NCBI GenBank assembly: GCA_963780225.1
Contig: CAWAAX010000004.1
Span: 1 to 64,000, forward strand
Reading direction: 5' to 3'
Origin: an uncultured bacterium
GTDB lineage: Bacteria > Edwardsbacteria > AC1 > EtOH8
Length of the DNA stretch: 64,000 bases
The first letter of the stretch is position 1. Each line of letters opens with the position of its first letter. This document shows positions 37,195-48,008 of this stretch, piece by piece. The notes below the pieces were generated by a model that had not been told where the DNA came from, ran no database searches, and saw only the letters and a list, made by a program, of their open reading frames with translations. Made by a program: the position numbers and the translations under genes.

Positions 37195-37697
37195 GCCTCT
37201 CCAGCTGCCGGGAGTGCAAGAAGGAGGTCAGCCCCAATGCCCGGAGTTGCCCCCACTGCGGGGCGCCCCAGCCGGCCAACCAAACCTGGAACGGGTGGGG
37301 CTTCGACTGGAAGTCCAAATCATCCTACTACGGCTGGCCGCTGGTTCACGTCTCGGTCGGCAAGGACCGCAACGGCAAGCTTCGGGTGGCCAGGGGCTGG
37401 ATCGCCATCGGGCAGTTCGGCATAGGCGCCATAACCATCGCCCAGTTCGGGGTGGGGATAGTGTTCGGCTTCGGTCAGATCATCCTGGGAACCACGGCCA
37501 TCGCCCAGATCGCGGTGGGTCTGCTATTCGGGATGGGGCAGCTGGCCACCGGTTACATTGCGGTGGGACAGATAGTTTTAGGATACTACGGCCTGTGCCA
37601 GTCAGGTTTGGCGGCCCACCTGTGGAGCCAGAAATTCAGGGACCCGGAAGCGGTGCGGTTCTTCAAACAGCTGACGGAGTATCTGCCCAAACTGTGA
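37191..37697 (+). CDS. Zinc-ribbon plus Gly-rich membrane protein
   Basis: CRECKKEVSPNARSCPHCG; ARGWIAIGQFGIG-type repeats. Confidence 0.75.
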   Translation: MSLSSCRECKKEVSPNARSCPHCGAPQPANQTWNGWGFDWKSKSSYYGWPLVHVSVGKDRNGKLRVARGWIAIGQFGIGAITIAQFGVGIVFGFGQIILGTTAIAQIAVGLLFGMGQLATGYIAVGQIVLGYYGLCQSGLAAHLWSQKFRDPEAVRFFKQLTEYLPKL

Positions 37698-37794
37698 AAC
37701 GTGAAACGTAAAATGGGAAACGTATACGCTTAACGCTGAAAACCGGTCAACTGTAAACTCTAAACACCAAACACCAAACGCCAAACTGTTAAAA

Positions 37795-38421
37795 ATGCCC
37801 AACAGCAAAACAAACATCTCCCTGCCGGAGCAGGCCACCAGCTTTACCAAGGACTTCCTGGACCTCTGGGTCTTTGACAAGGAAGGGACCAAGATCGGGC
37901 GGGTGGCCGACCTGGCCATCACCATGGGCGAGGAATTCCCCAATGTCTCCTCGCTGGTGGTGGCGGTCAAGCTGAGGATCAGCCTGTTCGGCTCGGCCAA
38001 ATTCGAGGCGGTGATCCCCTGGCGCCAGGTGAAAAGCCTGGATGAGGACGGGATCGCCCTGGGCATCGCCTTCAGCGAAGTGAAGACCGGCAAGCTGAAC
38101 CAGCGGGAACTGCTGTTGAAGAAGAACGTGATGGACCAGCAGATAGTGGACAACGAAGGCCGGAAGATCCTCCGGGTCAACGACGTCAAGCTGAAGGCCT
38201 TCAACGAGCACCTCCGGCTGGTGGGGGTGGAGACCGGCATCAAGGGCCTGCTGTACCGGCTGGGGGCGGGGCGGCGGCTGGTGCGGGTGGCCAATCTGCT
38301 GAACGTAAAGATCATGGAGAACATAATCATGTGGGACCTGGTGGAGCAGTTCGACAACGAAATGAAACGGATAAAACTTTCCATCTCCCAGGAGATGCTG
38401 AAGGACCTGATAAACCTATGA
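37795..38421 (+). CDS. Tandem PRC-barrel protein (like the N-terminal part of MgtE-associated proteins)
   Basis: KIGRVADL; MDQQIVDNEGRKILRVNDVKL; GLLYRLG. Confidence 0.75.
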   Translation: MPNSKTNISLPEQATSFTKDFLDLWVFDKEGTKIGRVADLAITMGEEFPNVSSLVVAVKLRISLFGSAKFEAVIPWRQVKSLDEDGIALGIAFSEVKTGKLNQRELLLKKNVMDQQIVDNEGRKILRVNDVKLKAFNEHLRLVGVETGIKGLLYRLGAGRRLVRVANLLNVKIMENIIMWDLVEQFDNEMKRIKLSISQEMLKDLINL

Positions 38422-39641
38422 GATACCTATCGCACTATCTTCACCGCCAGGTGCATTTCAAAAAACAGCATCTGGGCGAACTGGTGGACTGGGTCATGAA
38501 CGCCCGGCCCACCCAGGCCGAACTGGCCGGCCTGGTGATCCTGGACAATGAGGGACGGGAGAGGAGCATTTCCCTGAACGACGTGGAATCGCTGGGCCAC
38601 CGCTACATCTATCTGAAGCGGAGCCTGAGCGAATGCCCGGAGCTGGCTCCGGCCGACGGCCAGATCCGGCTGGCCGAGCACATCCTGGACAAGCAGGTGG
38701 TGGATACCAGGAAGAAAAAAGTTTACCGGGTCAACGACATCGAAGTGGAGCAGGAGGGCGACCGCTTTTTGGTGCGCTGGGTGGACGCCGGGCTGGCCGG
38801 GCTTTTGAACCGGCTGGGCCTGCCGGAATCGCTGCAGCCCAAGCCGGGAAAGATGCAGCGGCGCATCGCCTGGGCCGACGTGGAGCCGCTGGACCCCGAC
38901 CTGAAATCCAGCTTTGAAAAGCTTTCCAAGATGCATCCGGCCGACATCGCCGATATCGTGGAGGAGCTGGGGGTCACCCAGGGGGCGGATCTTTTGGAGC
39001 GGCTGGACGACGAGACCGCGGCCGAGACCCTGACCGAGGTGGAGCCGGAGATGCAGAGCGACCTGGTGGAGGAGATCAAGCCCCAGGACGCCGCCGACAT
39101 CATCGAGGAGATGGAGCCGGACGACGCCGCCGACCTGATCTCCGACCTGCCCCAGGAGACCGCCCGCCAGATCATGAACGAGATGGAATCCGAGGAAAAG
39201 GCCGAGGTCCAGGAACTGCTGCAGTACCCGGAGGACTCGGCCGGTGGCATCATGAACAACGATTACCTGGCGGTGACCAGGGGGCTGACGGTGGAGCAGG
39301 TGCTCAATAAATTCCGGGCCGACCAGCCCGAGCCCGAAGTGGCCTACAACCTGATCGTGACCGAGGCCGGGGAAAAGTTGGCCGGAATGCTGTCGCTGCG
39401 CGACCTGGTGGTGGCCCAGCCCCAGTCCAAGATCGACGACCTGATCGCTGCCGACACCCCCTCGGTCCGCCCGGATACCCCCTTAAGCGAGGTGGCCGAC
39501 CTGTTCTCCAAGTACGACCTGGTGATGTTGCCGGTGGTCAACCATGCCCGGCAGGTGCTGGGGGTGATCACGGTGGACGATGTGATAGAACTGATGGTCC
39601 CGGAAAAATGGAAACGCTCCCACCGCAAACGCCTGATCTGA
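38418..39641 (+). CDS. PRC-barrel + MgtE_N + CBS-pair protein (no transmembrane domain)
   Basis: LDKQVVD..RVND, MHPADIADIVEE, PDDAADL, YPEDSAGGIM, GVITVDDV. Confidence 0.88.
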   Translation: MRYLSHYLHRQVHFKKQHLGELVDWVMNARPTQAELAGLVILDNEGRERSISLNDVESLGHRYIYLKRSLSECPELAPADGQIRLAEHILDKQVVDTRKKKVYRVNDIEVEQEGDRFLVRWVDAGLAGLLNRLGLPESLQPKPGKMQRRIAWADVEPLDPDLKSSFEKLSKMHPADIADIVEELGVTQGADLLERLDDETAAETLTEVEPEMQSDLVEEIKPQDAADIIEEMEPDDAADLISDLPQETARQIMNEMESEEKAEVQELLQYPEDSAGGIMNNDYLAVTRGLTVEQVLNKFRADQPEPEVAYNLIVTEAGEKLAGMLSLRDLVVAQPQSKIDDLIAADTPSVRPDTPLSEVADLFSKYDLVMLPVVNHARQVLGVITVDDVIELMVPEKWKRSHRKRLI

Positions 39642-39642
39642 C

Positions 39643-40878
39643 ATGAAGAAACTCTGGATAAAATTGGTGCTGATCTTCGGCATAGTGGGGCCGGGCCTGA
39701 TCACCTCCTTTGCCGACAACGACGCCGGAGGCATCACCACCTACTCCATCGCCGGGGCCCGCTACGGGTATTCCCTGCTGTGGATGCTGCTCTTGATCAC
39801 CTTCGTGCTGGCCTTCTTCCAGGAGATGGTGGCCCGGCTGGCGGCGGTCACCGGCAAGGGGCTGTCCGACCTGATCCGGGAGGAGTTCGGCCTGCGCTGG
39901 ACGCTGTTCGCCATGATCGTCCTTTTGGTGGCCAATTTCACCACCACCATCGCCAATTTCGCCGGGATCGCGGCCAGCCTGGAGATCCTGGGGGTCAGCA
40001 AATACATCTCCGTTCCGGCGACGGCTTTGGCCCTCTGGCTTCTGGTGGTCAAAGGTTCCTACCGTTTTGTGGAAAGGTTCTTTCTGATAGTGGCCCTGTT
40101 CTTCGCCGCCTATGTCATTGCCGGGTTCATGGCCAAGCCGGACTGGGGCCTGGCGGTGGGCAGCCTGGTCAAGCCGACCCTGGTCTGGAAGGCTGATTAC
40201 TGGGTGATCTTCATCGCCACCATCGGCACCACCATCACCCCCTGGATGCAGTTCTACCTGCAGTCCTCGATAGTGGACAAGGGGATCACCATGAAGCATT
40301 ACAACTACGCCAAGCTGGATGTCTTTGTGGGGACCTTCTTCACCAACTTCATCTCCTTTTTCATCATAGTCACCTGCGCCGCCACCCTGTTCAAGGCCGG
40401 CATTCCGGTGCACAACGCCGAGGACGCCGCCCTGGCCCTGGCCCCCATCGCCGGAAAATATTCCTCGGTGCTTTTTGCCCTGGGGCTGTTCGTGGCCTCG
40501 ATGATGGCCGCCTCCATCGTGCCCCTGTCCACCTCCTACGCCATCTGCGAGGCCTTTGGGATGGAGACCGGCATCAACAAGAACTTCAGCCAGGCCCCCA
40601 TATTCTTCAGCCTGTACACCCTGCTGCTGATACTGGGCGGGGCGGCCATCCTGATCCCCGGCCTGCCCCTGATCAAGGTGATGCTGTTCGCCCAGACGGT
40701 GCAGGGCGTCCTGCTGCCCATCATCCTGATCTTCATCCTGCTGCTGTTGAACAACCGGGACGTGATGGGGAACCACGTCAATTCAAAATTCTACAACATC
40801 GCAGCCCTGCTCTCGGTGGCCGGGATAGTGCTGGCTTCGCTGATCCTGCTGGTGCTGACGCTGATTGGGAAGACCTGA
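39643..40878 (+). CDS. NRAMP-related divalent cation (probably Mg2+) transporter
   Basis: DNDAGG and GTTITPWMQF in place of DPGN/MPH; many transmembrane helices. Confidence 0.88.
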   Translation: MKKLWIKLVLIFGIVGPGLITSFADNDAGGITTYSIAGARYGYSLLWMLLLITFVLAFFQEMVARLAAVTGKGLSDLIREEFGLRWTLFAMIVLLVANFTTTIANFAGIAASLEILGVSKYISVPATALALWLLVVKGSYRFVERFFLIVALFFAAYVIAGFMAKPDWGLAVGSLVKPTLVWKADYWVIFIATIGTTITPWMQFYLQSSIVDKGITMKHYNYAKLDVFVGTFFTNFISFFIIVTCAATLFKAGIPVHNAEDAALALAPIAGKYSSVLFALGLFVASMMAASIVPLSTSYAICEAFGMETGINKNFSQAPIFFSLYTLLLILGGAAILIPGLPLIKVMLFAQTVQGVLLPIILIFILLLLNNRDVMGNHVNSKFYNIAALLSVAGIVLASLILLVLTLIGKT

Positions 40879-40933
40879 TCAAGTCCCGGAACAAAATGAT
40901 CCAAATGCATAAATGTCGGAAAAGAGGTTTCAG

Positions 40934-41296
40934 ATGAAAACAGCCGGTTATATCATCGCCGCCATCCTGATATTCTTCGGGGTGCTGTTCCTGATGTCGG
41001 CCCGGGCCGAGTACACCGCCAATCCGGGAAGCCGGATCATCACCGGGCTGGCCCTGATGGGGGGCGGGATCGCCATAGCCGTGATACTCAAGAAAAACCA
41101 GCCCAAACCGGCCCAGAAGATCGAGATCGTCCAGAAGATAGACCTGGCCGGAAAATCCCTGCCCGAGCAGATGAAGTGCAAACAATGCGGGGCGCCGCTC
41201 TCCAAGGACACTGTGACGGTGAAGGAAGGGGCGGTTTTCATCAACTGCCCATACTGCCAGAGCACCTACCAGATAACAGAAGAACCCAAGTGGTGA
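40934..41296 (+). CDS. Two-TM membrane protein with C-terminal zinc ribbon
   Basis: CKQCG..CPYC; GAGG RBS. Confidence 0.7.
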   Translation: MKTAGYIIAAILIFFGVLFLMSARAEYTANPGSRIITGLALMGGGIAIAVILKKNQPKPAQKIEIVQKIDLAGKSLPEQMKCKQCGAPLSKDTVTVKEGAVFINCPYCQSTYQITEEPKW

Positions 41297-41300
41297 AAAA

Positions 41301-41771
41301 ATGAACATCGAAGAACAGGCCAAGCAGTATTTCAATAACGGATACAACTGCGCCGAGTCGGTGCTATTGTCACTCTGCAGTCAGATGGGATATGATTCCA
41401 AGGAGTATGGGATATGCATACCCCGGATGGCCACCGGATTCGGCGGCGGCATCGCCCGCAATGGTGGCATCTGCGGAGCCCTGTCCGGTGCAATCATGGC
41501 CATCGGTCTTGCCCTGGGACGTGATGAGGCCAAAGAAAGCCGGGACCCCTGTTATCCGGTGGCCGACCAGTTCTACAACGAATTCGTGGAAAGGTTCGGC
41601 CATTCCTCCTGCCGGGAACTGACCGGACTGGACATGAAGAACGAAAATGACCGGAAAAAGTACATGGACGTCATCCACCAGGAGCGGTGCAACCCGATGG
41701 TGGCCTGGTCGGCTATGAGGGTGATGGAGTTGATCGGGGAGCATTCCAAGGGAAACCCGGGGCTGGCCTGA
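41301..41771 (+). CDS. C_GCAxxG_C_C family putative redox protein
   Basis: GYNCAESV, GFGGG, CGALSG, CRELTG. Confidence 0.88.
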   Translation: MNIEEQAKQYFNNGYNCAESVLLSLCSQMGYDSKEYGICIPRMATGFGGGIARNGGICGALSGAIMAIGLALGRDEAKESRDPCYPVADQFYNEFVERFGHSSCRELTGLDMKNENDRKKYMDVIHQERCNPMVAWSAMRVMELIGEHSKGNPGLA

Positions 41772-41837
41772 ATTCTTTTATTAAAGAAACATCCCGGGGG
41801 CGTTCTGACAAAGCGGCCCCTTTATTTATTTACTGAT

Positions 41838-43601
41838 ATGAGCCATTTACCTACCACCAAAAAAGAAATGCAAGCCCTGGGCTGGGATCAATGCGATGTG
41901 ATCCTGGTCACCGGCGATGCCTATGTGGACCACCCTTCGTTCGGCGCGGCGGTGATTGGGCGGGTGCTGGAGGATCAGGGTTTTAAGGTGGGCATCATCG
42001 CCCAGCCGGACTGGCGCAGCCCAGCTGATGTCACCCGGCTCGGCCAGCCCCGGCTGTTCTTCGGGGTCACCTCCGGGAACATAGACAGCATGCTGCACCA
42101 TTACACCGCCAACAAAAAACTGCGGCACGACGACCCCTATTCCCCCGGCGGCCGCCACGGCCTGCGCCCCAACCGGGCGGTGATAGTCTACTCCAACCTG
42201 ATCCGCCAGGCATACAGGGATGTTCCGATCGTTTTAGGCGGGATAGAGGCCTCCCTGCGCCGGCTGGCCCACTATGATTACTGGGACGATGCGGTGCGGC
42301 GCTCCATCCTGTTCGACGCCAAGGCAGATATGCTGGTCTACGGGATGGGGGAGCGAGCAATCTGCAGGATTGCTGAAGTGATAAATGCAAAATGCAAATT
42401 GCAGAATGAAGATTTGTGGAACGTGCCGGGAACAGCGGTCATAGTCAGAACCTCTGAACTTCCGAAGTTCGGACCTTCGGAATATGCCGAGCTGCCGTCG
42501 TTTGAGGAAGTGTCAAGTTCAAAGGAAGCATTCAACCAGGCTTTCGTCATTGCGTCCAGCGAGGCCAATCCGCATTTTGGCAAAAGGCTGCTGCAAAAGC
42601 ACGGGGATCGGTACCTGTTGGTAAATCCCCCGGCCATGCCTTTGGGTCCCGAAGAGCTGGACGCGGTATATTCCCTGCCATATCAGCGCCAAGCCCATCC
42701 TTCATATAAAGAACCGGTCCCGGCGCTGGAGACGGTCAAATGGTCCATCACCTCGCACCGGGGCTGTTACGGAGGCTGCAGCTTCTGCACCCTGTATTTT
42801 CATCAGGGCCCGGTCATCCAGTCGCGCAGTCCGGAATCGATCGTGAACGAAATAAAACTTCTGGCCGGGGACCAAAATTTCAAGGGCGTCATCAGCGACA
42901 TCGGCGGGCCGACCGCCAACATGTACGGCACCGGGTGCAAAGCCGACGGGCGGGAGAAATTCTGCCGGAAGCCCAGCTGCCTGGCCCCGCAGATCTGCGA
43001 AAACCTGAAGCCGGGCCAGCATCCCAGCGTCAAGCTCTGGCACGAAGCATTGAAAGTGCCGGGAATGCGGAAGGTCTTCGTGGCCTCCGGGGTGCGCTAC
43101 GATCTGGCGCTGCACGACCGTAAATATCTGAAGGAACTGATACAGGAGCACACCGGGGGGCACCTTAAGGTCGCCCCGGAACACTGCTCGTCTTTCGTCC
43201 TGAAACAGATGAACAAGCCGGGCATCAATACTTTCGTAGAATTCCTGGAGATCTTCCGGCGGCTGAGCAGGCGGGAGCAGTATCTGGTGCCGTATCTGAT
43301 TTCCAGCCACCCGGGCTGCAAGTATGATGATATGCTGGAACTAAATCGCTTCCTTAAAAAGAACGGCCTGGCCGTGGAGCAGGTCCAGGATTTTATCCCT
43401 CTGCCCATGACGGCCTCGGCCGCCATGTATCACACCGGAAAAAATCCCTATACCGATGAAGACCTTTTCGTCGAGCGGGCTGCGGCCGGGAAGCTGAAAC
43501 AGCGGTATGCGCTGGATGCCAACCAGAACGAAGGATGGGAAGGGGCTGGAGATTATGAAAGAAAACGCCAGCCCGGCAAACACATTAAGAGGCAACCATG
43601 A
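41838..43601 (+). CDS. YgiQ-family radical SAM protein
   Basis: [56 protein letters not shown]. Confidence 0.92.
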   Translation: MSHLPTTKKEMQALGWDQCDVILVTGDAYVDHPSFGAAVIGRVLEDQGFKVGIIAQPDWRSPADVTRLGQPRLFFGVTSGNIDSMLHHYTANKKLRHDDPYSPGGRHGLRPNRAVIVYSNLIRQAYRDVPIVLGGIEASLRRLAHYDYWDDAVRRSILFDAKADMLVYGMGERAICRIAEVINAKCKLQNEDLWNVPGTAVIVRTSELPKFGPSEYAELPSFEEVSSSKEAFNQAFVIASSEANPHFGKRLLQKHGDRYLLVNPPAMPLGPEELDAVYSLPYQRQAHPSYKEPVPALETVKWSITSHRGCYGGCSFCTLYFHQGPVIQSRSPESIVNEIKLLAGDQNFKGVISDIGGPTANMYGTGCKADGREKFCRKPSCLAPQICENLKPGQHPSVKLWHEALKVPGMRKVFVASGVRYDLALHDRKYLKELIQEHTGGHLKVAPEHCSSFVLKQMNKPGINTFVEFLEIFRRLSRREQYLVPYLISSHPGCKYDDMLELNRFLKKNGLAVEQVQDFIPLPMTASAAMYHTGKNPYTDEDLFVERAAAGKLKQRYALDANQNEGWEGAGDYERKRQPGKHIKRQP

Positions 43602-44548
43602 GAAAGCCAGCCAAAAACAAATGGGCCAAAGGGTGGTACAAGAAGGCGATCATTGAAGAGCGAAAATTTTTATGGGAGCCTGAATATGTGGCACTGCTGG
43701 CCAAATGGGCCGGTTTTAAGCAAGGCCAGACGGTAGTTGATGTGGGCTGCGGCCTGGGATATCTGGGAACGTTATATTGGCCACATTTCGGCAAGGGTGG
43801 CAAATATTACGGAGTGGACATAAGTCCCAAACTGATAACTGAGGCAAAAAAACTATCGCCAAACTGGGCCAAGGGCGGCACTGCCGAATACAAAGTAGGG
43901 GATGCATATAATCTTCCGTATCCCGACAATTATGCCGATGTGGTGATGTGTCAAACCTTGTTGATGCATCTATCCGATCAACAGAAGGCCGTAAATGAGA
44001 TGTTTCGCATATTAAAGCCGGGTGGGGTAGTGCTTTGCAAGGAGCCGGATCATTTGTCAATGGCTTTGCAACGCGGGGTATCTTCATTGCCGGATATACC
44101 AGTCGAGGATAATCTGTTTTTTCGTAAAATGTCATACATTTGCGCCAAAGGCAGGGAAGAATTGGGGCTGGGCATTTCGGATACGGCCCCCCATGTTCCT
44201 TTGTGGATGAAAGAGGCCGGCTTCAAGGGTATCGACGCAAAGATGAGCAGTCAGCCGTTTTTTATGATACCCCCATATGAAACGCCAAAGCAGAAGTATG
44301 ATATCAGCTGGTGGAAGGAATCGGTTCGCAGCAGCGAAAAACCAAGTGAGAAGAAAAGGGAAAGAGATAATTATAAAAAAACATTTTTTGCCGGCGGCGG
44401 AACCCAGTCTGATTATAATAGATATTTGACATTACTTAAAAAATACCGCGCAAGAAAAAAGGCATATATACAGCAATTAAACAACGGCACATATTATTTA
44501 TTTTCCGCCAAACAATTTTTTGTCATCAAAGGATGTAAGCCAAAATAG
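43598..44548 (+). CDS. Class I SAM-dependent methyltransferase
   Basis: [29 protein letters not shown]. Confidence 0.88.
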   Translation: MRKPAKNKWAKGWYKKAIIEERKFLWEPEYVALLAKWAGFKQGQTVVDVGCGLGYLGTLYWPHFGKGGKYYGVDISPKLITEAKKLSPNWAKGGTAEYKVGDAYNLPYPDNYADVVMCQTLLMHLSDQQKAVNEMFRILKPGGVVLCKEPDHLSMALQRGVSSLPDIPVEDNLFFRKMSYICAKGREELGLGISDTAPHVPLWMKEAGFKGIDAKMSSQPFFMIPPYETPKQKYDISWWKESVRSSEKPSEKKRERDNYKKTFFAGGGTQSDYNRYLTLLKKYRARKKAYIQQLNNGTYYLFSAKQFFVIKGCKPK

Positions 44549-44610
44549 AGGATCCTTTGGCAATACTATAATCGGGAAAAGACAACAAACTTTAAAAGGA
44601 AGTAGGCTTT

Positions 44611-46659
44611 ATGACTGTCAAAACGCCTGTAATAATGTTGCTGTTACTTGTTATGGCATCAGTTTCCCTTGCCCAAGCCCCCAGCCTCCGGTCGGTCCGG
44701 ATCGAACAGGCTCCTGTTTTAGACGGCAGCCTCAGCGATCCCTGCTGGCAAAATGCGGCCATGGTCACTGATTTTATGATGGTGGAACCTAATCCGGACG
44801 CCCCGGTCACTCAGCCTACCAAAGCATATGTCTGCTATGATGAGCAAAATCTCTACCTGGCCGCTTATATGTACGAGGACAAGCCGGACCAGATGCAGGC
44901 CGCCTGCAACCAGAGGGACGGGGCTGTTTATTTCGATGACTGTCTGGAAGTGACCATAGACACATACAACGACAAGAACAATGCCTACTATTTCGCGGTC
45001 AATCCCCAAAGCACCCGCCTCGATGGACGGATCATCGATGAAGGGCGAACGGTAGACGTCAACTGGGACTGCCAGTGGCAGGCCCGGGCCGGCCGCGATT
45101 CCCTGGGATGGGTGTTGGAAATGGTCATCCCTTTTTCCGAGTTGCGGTACAACAAGGCAGATTCCATGACCTGGGGCATCAACTTTTACAGGGTGGAAAG
45201 GCCCCATTGGGAAACCTCCAGCTGGTCGCCGCTAAAGAAATGGAGCCATGTCTCCCAGTACGGTTCTTTGACCGGATTGACAATCGATCCCCAGATCAAA
45301 AGGTTCGAGCTTCTGCCGTTCGGTCTGGCCCAGTACCAGCACCGTACTGATTCTTTGGAATTCAACGCCGGGTTGGACCTTAAATACAGCATCACATCCG
45401 ATCTGAATTTTAATGCCACCTATCTGCCCGATTTCGGGCAGATAGAGGCTGACCCCTTCCAGTTCAACCTGTCCTATAACCAATGGCAGGAGCTGTACCT
45501 GGCCGAGAAGAGGCCTTTCTTCATGGAGGGGTCCAGCATTCTTTACACCCCGCTCAAGCTTTTCTACACCCGCCGGATGAACCAGATAGAGGCCGGAGCC
45601 AAGATTTACGGCAAGATAGGCCGGGCCGAACTGCTGTGCCTGGATGTCCAGACCAGCGATACCAAGGACAATTATTCCCTGGTGCGTCTCAAATATCCGA
45701 CCTGGGGGCAGAGCGTGCTGGGGATCACTGCCACCAACAAGCAGAACGACAGCGTATATGGCCGGGCCGGAGGGCTGGACCTGAACGTACCCATCCATGG
45801 TCCGTTAAAACTGACGATGCAGGCCGCTAAGTCAGCCAACACCGGCATCAGCGGGGATGACTGGGCTGGGGTGGCCGATCTTAAATGGGAAACGGGCATC
45901 GACTATTACGACCTCAAATTAAGCAGGATAGGCCAGGAATTCTGGGTGCCCCAGGGTTTCATCAGCTTTTATGACATTGACCGGTGGGGCCTTTATGCCG
46001 AAGGCTACCGCAAATTTGCCTTGAGCGGGGCCTTTCAATACGTTGATGCCGGTGCAGTGATAAACCACAAACAGGAGATCGGGGGAAGAATTACTTACTT
46101 AGGAACTGGATTGGGAACCAATCTGGTCACGTCGTCCAAGATCCGTTTTGGAGTTAGTGCCAGCAGTAATTATGAACGTTACGGCGATGAAGAATTCTTC
46201 AACCGGCAGGCAGGCGCTGAGTTCGAAACCAATGTCAATGGCCAGACCGGGATCGCCAATTCTTTTTATATGGGGTGGAAGTACGGGCAGAATTTCCGGG
46301 AGAACATCACCCTCATTGCCTTTGTTCCCTATCCAAAAATATCGGTGATCCCGTCCATTGTAGCGGTCAAATGGGGCCAAAGCAAATGGGAGTGGGTCTC
46401 CAATACCAGTATCTCTTACCAGGTCACCCAAAAATTGTTCACCCGGGCGTACATTCAGACCAGCACCCGGATAGCCATGCCAGCCGAAAGTCCTTTCCAG
46501 GTGGAAGCGGTAGAGGCCCTCAACTCCAATATTCTTCTGGGATACGAAGTCAACCCGGGCTCGATGTTCTATCTGGCCTACAATCACCCCCGCAATTTGA
46601 TCACCAAAGAGTTCGACCACTATTTCATGGCCAAGCTTAGCTATTCACTCAGGTTTTAA
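44611..46659 (+). CDS. CBM9-like sugar-binding domain plus DUF5916-type outer-membrane protein
   Basis: Signal peptide, PVLDGSLSDPCW, WVLEMVIPFSELRY, WGINF, PDFGQIEAD, EKRPFFMEG, C-terminal F. Confidence 0.8.
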   Translation: MTVKTPVIMLLLLVMASVSLAQAPSLRSVRIEQAPVLDGSLSDPCWQNAAMVTDFMMVEPNPDAPVTQPTKAYVCYDEQNLYLAAYMYEDKPDQMQAACNQRDGAVYFDDCLEVTIDTYNDKNNAYYFAVNPQSTRLDGRIIDEGRTVDVNWDCQWQARAGRDSLGWVLEMVIPFSELRYNKADSMTWGINFYRVERPHWETSSWSPLKKWSHVSQYGSLTGLTIDPQIKRFELLPFGLAQYQHRTDSLEFNAGLDLKYSITSDLNFNATYLPDFGQIEADPFQFNLSYNQWQELYLAEKRPFFMEGSSILYTPLKLFYTRRMNQIEAGAKIYGKIGRAELLCLDVQTSDTKDNYSLVRLKYPTWGQSVLGITATNKQNDSVYGRAGGLDLNVPIHGPLKLTMQAAKSANTGISGDDWAGVADLKWETGIDYYDLKLSRIGQEFWVPQGFISFYDIDRWGLYAEGYRKFALSGAFQYVDAGAVINHKQEIGGRITYLGTGLGTNLVTSSKIRFGVSASSNYERYGDEEFFNRQAGAEFETNVNGQTGIANSFYMGWKYGQNFRENITLIAFVPYPKISVIPSIVAVKWGQSKWEWVSNTSISYQVTQKLFTRAYIQTSTRIAMPAESPFQVEAVEALNSNILLGYEVNPGSMFYLAYNHPRNLITKEFDHYFMAKLSYSLRF

Positions 46660-46684
46660 CTCAAAGAGGAACAAAGGGAGTATC

Positions 46685-47935
46685 ATGGGAGAACAAAAGC
46701 CCCCTTCTTTGTGGAACCGCAATTTCCTCCTCCTCTGGCAGGGACAGCTGGTCTCCTCGCTGGGCGACAATTTTTACGCCATCGCCCTGGGTTTCTGGGT
46801 GCTGGAGAAGACAGGCTCCACCGGCCTGATGGGGACACTGATGGCCGTCTCCACTTTACCCCGGGTGCTGATCTCCCCCTTCGCCGGGGTGTGGGTGGAC
46901 CGGACCGAGCGCAGACGGTTGCTAATAGCCATGGATATGGTCCGGGGACTGGCCTCGGCCGGGGTGGGACTGGCGGCCTGGGCCGGGATGCTGGAGATTT
47001 GGATGGTCTTCGCCGCAGGCATAGTCCTAAGCATCTGCGGGTCGTTCTTCGGCCCGGCGGTCAGCTCGGCCATCCCGGACATCGTGCCGCCGGAACAGAT
47101 CGTCCAGGCCAACTCGGTTTTCAGCCTGGCCTACAACGGCACCAGCATCATCGGCACGGCGGGCGGCGGCTTTTTGTACCAAGCGCTCAAAGCGCCGCTG
47201 ATGTTCCTGTTCGACGGGTTCTCCTACATCTTCTCGGCGGCGGCCATACTGTTCATGAAGATCCCGGCCGTCAAGCACCAGTCCCAGAAGCTGAGTTTCT
47301 TTCAGGACATGAAGGGCGGGCTGATGTTCGTCAAAAGGTTCAAAGGACTTAAATATTCTTTCCTGATCTTCGGGGTGCTCAACTTTTTTGCCAATATGGG
47401 TTTCTTCCTTGTGCTCCCTTTGTTCCAGAAGACGCCATTCCTCGGCGCCGCCAAATACGGGATAGTGATGGGGATCCTGACGGCCGGTTCTTTTGCCGGG
47501 TACCTTTTGACCTCCGTCATAAAAATTGCCATAAATAGAAGATTCACGATCTTTTATTTGGGAGCCTTGATGAGCGCGGCCAGCATGGCTCTGCTTCCGG
47601 CCTATCTGAACATGGTCTATATGTCGGTAATGGCAGCTTTGATCGGCCTGTCGCTGGCCGTGGTCAACGCTTTGATCAGTGCGGTGATGCAGATCACAGT
47701 ACCGGCCGAGATGCGGGGCAAGGTTTTTGGCTTGCTGGGCACCATGGCCGGCAGCTTGACTCCGGTGGCTATGGCAGCCGGCGGCTGGCTGGGCGAGGTC
47801 TTCCCCTTGCGCCCGCTGATGACAGGATGTTTCATCCTAACCTTCGGTGTCTTTTTTGTGCTGATATTCGTGCCTTCTATCATCAGGTTCTTCAACTTCG
47901 ATCCGGCCCGGCAGAAACTGGAGGAGATAATGTGA
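46685..47935 (+). CDS. MFS transporter (DHA3/MefA-like)
   Basis: NFLLLWQGQLVS, AGVWVDRTERRR, EMRGKVFG; 12 transmembrane helices. Confidence 0.9.
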   Translation: MGEQKPPSLWNRNFLLLWQGQLVSSLGDNFYAIALGFWVLEKTGSTGLMGTLMAVSTLPRVLISPFAGVWVDRTERRRLLIAMDMVRGLASAGVGLAAWAGMLEIWMVFAAGIVLSICGSFFGPAVSSAIPDIVPPEQIVQANSVFSLAYNGTSIIGTAGGGFLYQALKAPLMFLFDGFSYIFSAAAILFMKIPAVKHQSQKLSFFQDMKGGLMFVKRFKGLKYSFLIFGVLNFFANMGFFLVLPLFQKTPFLGAAKYGIVMGILTAGSFAGYLLTSVIKIAINRRFTIFYLGALMSAASMALLPAYLNMVYMSVMAALIGLSLAVVNALISAVMQITVPAEMRGKVFGLLGTMAGSLTPVAMAAGGWLGEVFPLRPLMTGCFILTFGVFFVLIFVPSIIRFFNFDPARQKLEEIM

Positions 47936-48008
47936 GGCCATTCCCGCCCTACAGCTAAGTATGGAGTAAATCCCATTAAATTAAAACAGATTCTGCTAAA
48001 ACATCCTC

